A stretch of 64,000 nucleotides of DNA from an uncultured Bacillota bacterium (GCA_963804645.1 CAWDRG010000015.1:192001-256000), one strand, 5' to 3'; shown: positions 44,906 through 54,279, numbered from the stretch's first letter. Numbers and translations: made by a program. The notes: generated by a model from the letters alone, not told the origin.

Positions 44906-47310
44906 GTCCGCACACTCGAACAAATGCTTGACTTCGGAAATCTGTCTGTTATTATACAGACAGACACAATGGAGTCGTCAAGATGCCGTGCGGTCCCCAG
45001 GCGGATGACGCTCCGGCCCCGCGCTGGCCGTCGTCCCCACAGCGCTCCTCCGGGCGCGGTGCACCGGATCCATCACCTCGGGCCGCATCCGATCATCGCG
45101 CACTTCCTCGAACGCCTCACCCTGGAGCCCATCATTCGCGGCTGCGTGGGCACGCGCGCCAGGGGGTCGTCGATCACGCGCGCACGCTCGCCGTGCTGGT
45201 GCACAACCTGCTCGTCTCCCCCGGCCCGCTGTATCGGATCGCCACGTGGCTCGCGCCGGTGGAGCCCGCGGTGCTGGCGCTGACCCCCTCGCAGTACGCG
45301 GCGATCAACGACGATCGGGTGGCGCGGGCCCTGGATGCGCTCACCTCCGAACGGGGGCGCAGCATATGGTTCCGCTTGGCCTTGCGCATCATCAAGCAGT
45401 TTGAACTTGCGACGGAGCGGTTCCACCACGACACGACCACGGTCACGTTCCAGGGCGCCTACGCGACTGCCCACGGCAAGCCCCACATCACCCATGGGCA
45501 CAACAAAGATCACCGCCCGGACCTCAAGCAGCTCGTCTTCGGCCTCACCGCCACTGCCGATGGCGCAATCCCCGTGTGGCACGACGTCCATAGCGGCAAC
45601 CGCAGCGACGATACGGTGCACCGGAGCACCGTGGACGCCTTGCGGACGCTCGTGGGCCGCGCGGAGTTCATCTACGTGGCCGATGCCAAGCTCTGCACCC
45701 AGGACAATCTGCGGCATATCGCGGCCTATGGCGGGCAATTTGTCACCGTGATGCCGCGGACCTGGAAAGAAGACCATCACTTCCGCGATCGGCTGCGGGA
45801 CCATGGCATTCGGTGGCACCCCATTCTCCGCATCGCCAACCACCGGCACAAGGATGGTCCGCCAGACATCTTCGCGAGCTGTGCGGGTACGTACACGACC
45901 ACGGCCGACGGATATCGGATGATCTGGATCCGGAGCTCGCAGAAAGCGGTCGAGGACGCGCAGGCGCGGGAGCGACGCCTCGCCCAGGCCCAGGCCACGC
46001 TGCGGGAGTTCCAAGACAAACTACCGCGGCAGCGGCGACGGGATCGGACCCACGGGGGAATCCAGCGTGCGGTCACCAAGATTCTCCGCGAGACCGGCAC
46101 CCGGCCATTTCTCCAGGTGACCGTGAAGCGCCACGTCGAGCAGCGTCGCCACTATCTACGGCGCGGCCGGCCCACCGCCGAGACGCCGGTGGAGGTCGAA
46201 CGACACACGACCTACACGCTGGACGTGCGCCGCGATGGGCAGGCCCTGGCCCGCGAGCGGCGCACCGATGGGGTCTTCCCGCTCGTGACGAACTGAGGTT
46301 GCCCCGGTTCCGTGGAGGGTCAATCGCTTGAGTATCAGCCCTTTACCACCACCTCTCGCATGGTTCTTGTTGTTCTCTGCTCGGCCGCCGCACGTCGTCG
46401 TCTCTCGGCGGGGGTATCTGGATGTCTTCCCCCTCTCATAGAATCGCTGTGAGCGCATCCTAGCCGCCTGCTTCGCTGAGCATTTCATCTCGACTGCGCT
46501 CCGCGGACGGCCGTTGGCGCTGTGACCCCCGCCGTTCGAATTCTGCGGGCGAGAGATATCCAGCGCAGAGTGACGCCGGTGGGAATTGTAGAAACCCTCG
46601 ATGTAATCGAAGAGCGCCAGCCGCGCTGCCTTCGCGTGGCGAACGTGTGCTGCTGTAAGAGCTCCGTCTTGAGCGACGCGAAGAAGGCTTCGGCGAGGGC
46701 ATTATCATACGCGTCGCCGACGGAGCCCATCGACGGCACGACGCCCGCGTCTTGGCAGCGCCGACTGAAGGTCAGGCTCGTGTACTGCGCGCCGCGATCG
46801 GAGTGATGCACGACGCCCGACCGCCGGCCGCCGGTTCCACACCGCCATGTTGAGCGCGTCCACGACCAGTTCGGTCCGCAGCGTGTCCGCCATCGCCCAG
46901 CCGACGATCCGGCGACTCCACGCATCCAGCACCGTCGCCAGATAGAGCCACCCTTCCGCGGTGGGCACGTACGTGATGTCTGCGACCCAGAGCTGATCGG
47001 GCGCGGAGGCCGTAAAATTCCCGCTTCACGAGGTCCGGCGCCGCGGCCGCCTCGCGATCCTGCCGCGTGGTGCCACGGTACCGTCGCCGCTGGGCGCCCG
47101 CCAGTCCGGCCGCGCGCATCAGACCGCGCGACCCGTTTCCGCCCACAGCTGGAGGCCTGCGCCTGGAGCTCGGCATGGATCCGCGGCGCCCCGTAGGTTC
47201 CCGGCTCTCCTCATGAATCGCTTGGATCTGCGCGAGCAGGCCTTGATCCGCCTGCGCCCGCGCCGAGGGTGGACGATCCACCACGCGTAGAACCCGCTGG
47301 GACAGTGGCT

Positions 47311-49370
47311 TCATACTACACCTCCGGCAGTAGCCTTTTGGAGTGACGGTTTGAGGTGCACGGGGGTGGCGGTCCTCTGGCGACACGCCTCTTCGACCGC
47401 CGGAGAAAAAGGAACACACAAGCGACCGCTCGTGTCGCGACGCGCTGCAAGCTTGCCTGCGTGGATCCAATCGTATACTGTCCATTTGCTGACCCCCAGT
47501 CGGCGGACAACCTCGCAGACCGTCAGCTCTCCTGGGCGAGGCTGAAAGGACGATGCAGGAATGTGGTAGGTGTGGCGGATCCAGCGGACAGATTTCACAT
47601 CAAATGGCCGCCCCCCTTTCCGGGTCATTCCCGCCGTGTTGAGTGCGGTGACGATCTCATCATCCTGCTGCATCGCCAGCGCCCGAATCAGATCGACGAC
47701 CGCACCCGGCGTCCGTTGAAGATCGCTGGCTGAGGCAGGGCGCTGGACGACGAGCTCCTCAGTCGCACCCGAGCGCCAGCGAATGCCGACGCCTACACGC
47801 GCACTGCCTGGAGCGGACCGTATCGTTACGTCCGCGACGAGCGCGCGAAGAATCCGCTTGCGGTCTGGGGCCGAGGTCGTAGGAGCAGCCCACAACGCGG
47901 GCACGTTGCGAGCGAGCGCCTCCAATTCTTGGCGCGATGGCAGCGGCGGCGCCTCCGCGCGCGCCCCCGCTAACGCGGTTTCCGCTTCCGCCAATGCGAC
48001 GAGCGCAGTTTCCCATCGTTGCTCCAGGCTCCGCGCCACAAGGCGGTTCTCCGGCTCACACTGATGGAACGCTCGCTCCGCCCGCGCCGCCTCATAGCGC
48101 GCCCGCTCCACCGGGAGTTCAGCGGCCCGGATGCGATTGGTCCGTCGTGCTGCGATCTCATCGGCGGCCTGGAGTGCCAGAGCAATCTGGTCTGTCGTGA
48201 CCACGTCTAACATCCGCCGGGCCACGGCATCATCGATCACATCCGCCCGAACCGTGCGACACTGCGGAGTCTGGAGGTGCTCGACACGGGAATAGGAACA
48301 ATCGTAGGCGGCCTTTCCGGAGGCATAGGAAGCATACCTCGGCGTCATCATCCGGCCACAGCCGCCGCACACGACGATCCCTTGCAGCAGCGCCTCGCCT
48401 TCCCGCGCAGGGCGTGCGCCTCCGCTCGTGTGGTTATGCGCCAACCGGTCCAGATTTGCAAGATAGGTCTCCCAGCTGATGTACGCGGGGTGATGGTGAG
48501 GGAGAACCACAAGCCATTCCTCCCGCGGAAGCTCTACTCGCTTCCGCCGAATTGAGCCATCCGGCTGTACGATGCGCCGGCATCGGTATCGTCCAAAGAC
48601 GTAGGTCCCAGCATAGACCGGGTTGGAAAGCATGCCAAGCACCCGGTAGTACGTGAGCCGGCCCCACCGGATCTCTCCCGTCCAGACGCCCCCGTGCACT
48701 CGCCGAGGAAACGGACGCCGGCGAAAGATGCCCGCCGCGCCATATGCTGATCCGCTGGCCTCGAACGCGGCGAAGACGTCTGTGACGGCCTGCCGGATCT
48801 CCTCGTCCAAGTCCATCACGGTACGGCCGTCCTGATCATACACGTAGCCGACTGGCAGCGGAACGCGTAATTCACCACGGGCCGCCGCGGCACGTTTCGA
48901 CTCCTGCAACCGCCCGGCGAGGATATGAAGTTCTGCTTCGGACATTGCGCCCTTCAAGCCCAACAGGAGCCTGTCGTTAAAATGTTGCAGATTGTACACG
49001 CCGTCGGCATCGATGATCAGCGTGTCCGTCAGGTTGCAGAATTCCAACAATCGTTGGAGGTCCGCGGAACTGCGGGCTAACCGCGAGACCTCCAACCCCA
49101 AGATGGCGCCGACCTCGCCCAGGCACACCCGACTGACGAGCTCCTGAAACCCCGCACGGGTGGTGCCGCTGCGACCGGACAGGCCCAGATCGGCATCGAT
49201 CACGAGGATCTTGGATGCTTCCCACCCCAATCGGGTGGCTTCCTCCGCCAGTGCATACTGCCGGGCGGTGGACTCGGTGTGTTCGCGCACCTGGGTCATC
49301 GTGGACTGTCGCACATACACGATTGCCAGACGCTCCGGTGAGTGGGCGTGATCGTCCTCGCGTCGCTCAT
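47311..49370 (-). CDS. Large serine recombinase with Zn ribbon and C-terminal HTH (probable indel near 49335)
   Basis: AIVYVRQST, DLGLSG, EVSRLARS, NDRLLLGLKGAMSEAEL, CGGCG, EPENRLVARSLE. Confidence 0.92.
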
Positions 49371-49455
49371 GCGCGTTCCCCCCGGCGGCGAGCGCGGCCT
49401 CGAGCATGTTGGCCAGCGGCGCCACGAGTTCGCTCGTCGCGCCGCTGAACCCAAC

Positions 49456-49800
49456 TCAGGTCAGCTCCCCGCGGGTCAGCAGTTCCAGGTTGATCGCCGA
49501 GATCTCCGCCAGCGTCGCCTCGATGCGGGCGGTGAGCATGACCCGGCGGCGTACCGCCGCCGCCAGCGCCGCCGGAATATACAGGAGACGCCGTCCGTTC
49601 CCGCCGGACCGTCAGGAACACGTACGGACCGTGCAGCTCCCCCGCGCGCACCGGCAGCCCGGTTTCCCACACCGCCGGTGCTGGATTACCAGCGCCCCGT
49701 GCATGACCGCCTCGAGCGTCGGGAGGCTGCGTGCCCGTTGGGTCCGGCGCGCGCGTAATTGCCTCGCGCTGAGCTTGGCGAGTGGTATCTTTTGTATCAT
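49456..49800 (-). CDS. DUF6788-like protein, copy C (two apparent indels)
   Basis: HGALVIQHRRCGKPGCRCARG / ELHGPYVFL / LLYIP...EISAINLELL over three frames. Confidence 0.7.
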
Positions 49801-49839
49801 TGGTACCAAAGATATCACCTGCCGCGGGAAACGTCAAGG

Positions 49840-50112
49840 GGTGCGACAGCACCGCCACCACGCGGAGCACCTCCACCAGAATGGAGGCGGTGAGAGGGTG
49901 TGGCTCCGGAGGGGCGCCGCGATCGGTAAAAGCTTCTGGCAACGCAATACTGCCGGCTGGCCCGGCATCACAAATGTAGATACGTCCACGAGTGGCGTAG
50001 CGGCGTGTGACCAGTATGGGAAGTCGCTGGTCCCTCAGCGGATGAAACGGATGGGTGACAACGAGGGAATCCGAAAGACTACTGACTGCACTCGTAGTTT
50101 GCGTGGACCGTC
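49840..50112 (-). CDS. DUF5372 (Y4bD/Y4pK)-like ORF body lacking its own start codon
   Basis: VVTHPFHPLRDQRL...SIALPEAFTD; open to the element boundary; 3' end uncertain. Confidence 0.65.
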
Positions 50113-50189
50113 GGGGGAAACACCCAACACCCGGGCGAGCGTGGCGACGTGATGCGCGGCCTTCTCCTGTTGCATGAACGTAAACCCCG

Positions 50190-50489
50190 CTACGGGGTCG
50201 AGTTCGTTTCCCTGGCAAAGAAGGCCGCGGCTTTTCGGAGGATCTCGCGCTCTTCCCGCAAGATCCGGACTTCACGACGCAAGCGCCGCACCTCAGCGTG
50301 TTCCTCGGTCGTCAATCCATCGGTGCGCTTCCCGCGGTCGAGCTCATCCTGTTTCAGCCACGTGTAGAGCGACTGCTCCGACACTCCCAGATCCTTCGCA
50401 ATGCGCGCACGCGACTTCCCGGATTCTCGAACCAACCGGACCGCTTCCTCTCGAAACTGCCGTGCATACGGCGGTCGACTCTTTGGCAC
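50190..50489 (-). CDS. IS3 family OrfA
   Basis: YARQFREEAVRLV...IAKDLGVS...LREEREILRKAAAFFA. Confidence 0.9.
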   Translation of the reverse strand: MPKSRPPYARQFREEAVRLVRESGKSRARIAKDLGVSEQSLYTWLKQDELDRGKRTDGLTTEEHAEVRRLRREVRILREEREILRKAAAFFARETNSTP

Positions 50490-51069
50490 CGTGGACTCCC
50501 CTCTGGGGCTTCAGCCCCTCTAACCATAAAGTGTCCACGAAACCGGGGCAAGTCCAAACCTCGCCAAGACTCCGAAGCGCGAGGTCCTGTCCATGTACAA
50601 ATTCCAACCCTATGTCGAGAAACGCTTCTCGCTGTTGAAAACCGACCTGGAGATCGCGCCGGTGTACCTGAAGAAACCACGCCGGGCGGCGGGCCTGCTC
50701 CACGCCTACTTTATCGCCCTCGTCGTCGCGAGCCTCATCGAGCGGGAGGTGCGCACCAGCATGCGGCAGCGGAACCTCAAGACGCTGGCCCTCTTGCCGG
50801 AGCATCGTCCCACGCCGACCCCAACGTGGCCCAGGATTCTGGAGGCCTTTCAAGACGTGCGGTGGTACGAGGTCGAGCTCAACGGGGAGGTCACGGCGTT
50901 TCCGATCGAGCTGTCACAACTCCAACGTACGCTGCTCGAGCTCTTGGACATTCCGCCCGAGGTCTACCAATAGGCCTCCCCAAGAGTCCCCGAGAAAATC
51001 GGGAGACTTCGCTTCGCGACTTGCGGAATGTCGGACACATGTGTCCGGTACAACCTGTTTTACCTATGT

Positions 51070-51880
51070 GTGCAGCCCATAAAGCCATACACTCAGTCGG
51101 TGAGAGTCCGACCCGCGGAGTCGCCCAACTTGCCGCGGTAGTGTTGTCCGGCGTCTCGAAGGAGGTGACTCGCGAGACGGAAGCCCGGACGTACAAGTCT
51201 CGGCGGCCCGGCAGAGATATAAAGGCCGAGGTCGGTGGCCCAGGAGACGAGCGATGGATGGGGCCGCAACATGAAGTGAACACTGCAGCGTCGTTATTCA
51301 GGCCCACTCAGAGCTCCGGTAACGGAGTGCTCAGCGCCACAGTGGGAATGAGGGTGCCAAGTTTCTACATAGGGGACGAAGGCCAGTGTGGTTGCGGAAG
51401 AAGCTGGGCGTGTGCACGCAACCAGCCCTCCGGCGTAGGGGTGGCGGCAACATCCAAAGGGTGGATGGTCAAAGCGGGGAAGGGCTCTCACCCGTGAGGC
51501 CAGTGATATAACCGACTTCACTCGGGAAGTTCACTGGTGGGGGAGAGTCTGGCGCATGAGGCCGTAGGAGCGATGATCGCTCCGATAACAAGGAGCGGGA
51601 GCAAAGGGCCTCTGGGAGCAGGCCAGCGTTGGAGAAGGAGAGGGTGCGGGTGCTGATAACGCGCTCGGGCTACCGCCAAGATCCGGACCGACGCTGTAGG
51701 CTGCAGCAAACCAATCGCTCCCCAGGTACAGGCTGGGAAGGATCGGGAACGCTGCAACTGAGCGCGTGCTCTTCCAGCCGGATTGGGGAAAACCCGCTAT
51801 CCGGTTGATAGGGGGCGGGGTGGAACCGTGGTCAGGCTCCTTAACGGTAACCTGACCGGCGCGCCACCCTGCTACCCGAC
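51070..51880 (+). ncRNA. ORF-less group II intron (~0.8 kb)
   Basis: 5' end GTGCA at 51070 (or GTGTG at 51068); DV cagccggattggggaaaacccgctatccggttg; DVI gggggcggggtgg...ccaccctgct-a-cccg-ac; no RT ORF. Confidence 0.82.
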
Positions 51881-51895
51881 CTCAGGCCGCTCACC

Positions 51896-51940
51896 GAGAG
51901 GACTCGCTTGGTTAGCACTGAGCGAGTCCTCTAACTTTTG
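51896..51940 (+). terminator. Terminator-like hairpin of the same family as 30526 and 31233
   Basis: agaggactcgct...agcgagtcctct followed by aacttttg. Confidence 0.75.
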
Positions 51941-51944
51941 CTCG

Positions 51945-51984
51945 TTGACGTGCGAGACCGAGACGTGATATCGTACAATTGTAC
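51945..51984 (+). promoter_or_regulatory. Promoter/operator of vapC-phd copy 2
   Basis: TTGACG-18 bp-TATCGT overlapping palindrome gtacaattgtac, immediately before ATG 51985. Confidence 0.6.
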
Positions 51985-52398
51985 ATGAGCGCAATAGCGG
52001 TGGAGTTCGTCGTCGACACGTCAGCCTTGCTCGCGGTGCTGCTTGATGAGCCGGAGCGTCCGTCACTTATTGCTCGCACGCAGGGTGCGGTGCTGTTGGC
52101 TCCGGGCTCCGTCCCGTGGGAGGTAGGGAACGTACTCATTGCAGGATTTCGCCGGAAGCGACTCAGTGCTCGGCAAGTTCGGGATGCGTGGGTGTCATTC
52201 GAGCGGATCCCGCTGCGTTTGCTGCCCATCGCTGTTGCCAAGGCGCTTGAGTTGGCTGAGCAACTGGGACTCTACGCCTACGATGCCTATATTCTAGAGG
52301 CGGTCCGAGCCCACCGAGCTCCTCTTTTGTCGACTGACAAGCGCCTGCGAGCCGCGGCGGTGAAACTGGGGCTTGAGGTCGGGGAGGCGATGCCATGA
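51985..52398 (+). CDS. vapC: VapC/PIN toxin, copy 2
   Basis: Near-identical to 29788-30186, with native start MSAIAVEFVVDTS. Confidence 0.88.
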   Translation: MSAIAVEFVVDTSALLAVLLDEPERPSLIARTQGAVLLAPGSVPWEVGNVLIAGFRRKRLSARQVRDAWVSFERIPLRLLPIAVAKALELAEQLGLYAYDAYILEAVRAHRAPLLSTDKRLRAAAVKLGLEVGEAMP

Positions 52399-52670
52399 AG
52401 GTTTATACATATTCTGAAGCTCGTCAGCGGCTCGCAAGCGTGTTGGAACAGTCACGGCGGGAAGGGCAAGTTCAGATCCGCCGCCGCGATGGGCAGTTGT
52501 TTGTACTACAACCAGCCGGCAGGGTAGGTTCTCCCTTAGATGTCCCGGGGATTACGGCGGATCTCCGGCGCGGTGAGTTGGCGGCTATGCTGCAGGAGAG
52601 CCGTCGGAGCGGGCACCGGTTCTGGGGCAACGGTCGAAGGGTGCCAGCACGGCGACAAGCGAAGCGATGA
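52395..52670 (+). CDS. Phd-like antitoxin, copy 2
   Basis: Near-identical to 30183-30458. Confidence 0.85.
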   Translation: MKVYTYSEARQRLASVLEQSRREGQVQIRRRDGQLFVLQPAGRVGSPLDVPGITADLRRGELAAMLQESRRSGHRFWGNGRRVPARRQAKR

Positions 52671-52692
52671 CGCCTCACCCCGGGGCCTGATC

Positions 52693-52732
52693 AACCCGAA
52701 GGTCGGAGGTTCAAATCCTCCCCCCGCTATCA
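52693..52732 (+). other. tRNA-fMet 3' fragment, att-like site 5
   Basis: aacccgaaggtcggaggttcaaatcctccccccgctatca. Confidence 0.82.
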
Positions 52733-52847
52733 CATAGTCAAGGTCCGGAATGCCCGAAACGCTCGGTACTCAATCGTTTCGGGCGTTCGGCTTTTCTGGG
52801 GTACTTGTTACCTGGGTACCCGTCAATACCCAGGAATACCGCTCAGA

Positions 52848-52872
52848 GGGGTCCGCACACAGGTCCGCACAA
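52848..52872 (+). repeat. Candidate integrase arm-type site, copy 2
   Basis: ggggtccgcacacaggtccgcacaa (tandem ggtccgcaca). Confidence 0.6.
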
Positions 52873-53567
52873 AACGGACCCGCCGGAGGGATCGTGATGG
52901 CCGGGTTGATCCGGGAAGGCGGCAACGGCAGCCGGCAGGTCAGGCGGCCAGACGGACACACCGAGTAGTACGCGCGATCGCCCCGCTGTCGTAGCCTGCG
53001 TAACTCACGTAATTCACAGAGATTTCAAGGGGTTCGAGGTGTACTGTTCGAACATATCGGGCCGCCGCTCAAGGGTATTCGGCTATTCCGACAATCCGGG
53101 CACGCATTTGAGCTTATAGTCAAAGTTTGCGACGATCAATGCATCCGTCGATTCGCTCCCAAGGCGGCGTGTTGATTCGGATCTCGTAGTCCCCGGCGAT
53201 CACTCATCAACGGCATCCCGGCTATGCTGGAGAGCCGTCGCTTCGAAATTGACCGGCCAATCTTCGTACGACCTCGCTGGGCTTCGTGGCGCGTCTGTGG
53301 CGTAGGCTGGAAGGGTGGAAGCGCACTCCACACGAGGCAAGGGCCAGGGTTTGGGCAGATGAGGTGCCATGCCGCGTTCGCTTCTCTATTCAGGCAAGCA
53401 TATACTGCAATTGCTTCTCCTTCCTTACGCCCACGGCCATGCCTCCGGCATTCGGTTGGTCCCGCGAAGGCACATAGACGGGCTGATGGAAGCGAAGCGC
53501 GTGGGCGCAGGTGCGTCATGGCCGGGGCTCGTCGCACGCCCAATCGTTCGTGGAACGGGGTGGAGAT

Positions 53568-53855
53568 ATGCCCTCCATGCTGGTTCGGCACCATGTGCAG
53601 GATTATGCGAAGTGGAGACTGGGATACGACGCGCACGGGCCTGCTCGTCTGGCCGCCGGGTGCACAGGGACCCAAGTGTTTCGCGACTCCAAGGATCCCA
53701 ATGACGTCGTATTACTCTTCAAATGGGACAGCTTGGTGAATGCTCGTACGTTCGCGCAGTCGCCAGAGCTCCGTGAGACGATGCAGCAACTTGGCGTTGA
53801 TGGACAGCCTGACATCTCCTACCTGGATGACGATGTCGGGCAACCCGCACCGTGA
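53568..53855 (+). CDS. Small ABM/cyclase-like dimeric alpha-beta barrel protein
   Basis: LVRHHVQDYAKW..GYD...VFRDSKDPNDVVLLFKWDS...FAQSPELRETMQQLGV; RBS ggag. Confidence 0.75.
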   Translation: MPSMLVRHHVQDYAKWRLGYDAHGPARLAAGCTGTQVFRDSKDPNDVVLLFKWDSLVNARTFAQSPELRETMQQLGVDGQPDISYLDDDVGQPAP

Positions 53856-54123
53856 TCTCCTGAACGTCTGAACTGTAACACGGAGGGGAGTGATTAGCGT
53901 GCTCCCCTCCGCCTAAATTGGACAGTCGGGCATTTCGGAAAACGTGCATCTTCACTGAGAACGACCTCGGTCCTTCTGACTATTGGAGTGACGTTAGAGA
54001 TAGGGGGATGAACGGGCGATGGATCAGGAACCGCAAGCCGCAGCAGTTGACCAGCCTCCGGTTCCACCGGTCGCACCAGTCCGGCGGGGCATTCACCCGG
54101 TGCCGAAGCCGGGCCAGAAGGAG

Positions 54124-54279
54124 GTGAGCCGGGTAAAGACCACAGGTAAGAAATTAGCCCACAGGAGGGCGGCTCCGAAGAAGGCAGCCCCCAAGGCCAC
54201 GGCGACCAAGCGCGTAGCTGGCGGGGGGTTGAAGCGTACACGCCTCCGGCGGAAGACGTCGCTGCGGGCGCGCAAGTGA
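54124..54279 (+). CDS. Small Lys/Arg/Ala-rich basic protein
   Basis: KTTGKKLAHRRAAPKKAAPKATATKR; GTG start preceded by aaggag. Confidence 0.5.
   Translation: MSRVKTTGKKLAHRRAAPKKAAPKATATKRVAGGGLKRTRLRRKTSLRARK

Larger units (their letters stand above)
47302..50112 (-). mobile_element. Compact large-serine-recombinase element inserted in IS3 orfB
   Basis: Removal restores orfB VLGVSPSGFYAW; shared GGG/CCC core at 47299-47301 and within 50113-50117; no IRs. Confidence 0.85.
46294..50556 (-). mobile_element. IS3 family element interrupted by a serine recombinase element
   Basis: IRs tgaggttgccccggttccgtgga / tccacgaaaccggggcaagtcca; 3 bp TSD AAC; orfA 50489-50190; orfB WLYLATVLDAWSRRIVGW, HHSDRGAQYTS, YDNALAEAFF. 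Confidence 0.9.
44969..50973 (+). pseudogene. IS1634 transposase split by IS3 (44969-46293 and 50560-50973)
   Basis: NDDRVARALD, HHDTTT, GHNKDHRPDLKQ, YVADAKL; FPLVTN|LAKT...YKFQPYVEKRFSLLK rejoins in frame. Confidence 0.88.
44491..51034 (+). mobile_element. IS1634 family element interrupted by IS3
   Basis: Perfect 17 bp IRs ccgacattccgcaagtc / gacttgcggaatgtcgg; 6 bp TSD ACACAT at 44485-44490 and 51035-51040. Confidence 0.92.
44483..51893. mobile_element. Fragmented IS481-like terminal repeat (44483-44490, 51041-51069, 51881-51893)
   Basis: Removing IS1634 and the intron rejoins ttacacatgtgtccggtacaacctgttttacctatgtctcaggccgctca, resembling IS481 ends with tandem TGTTACnnATGT repeats. Confidence 0.65.

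Noticed and set aside
49367..50275. 302 aa ORF as a single real protein
   Set aside because: Chimera of an IS3 off-frame segment, the DUF5372-like body and frameshifted DUF6788 pieces.
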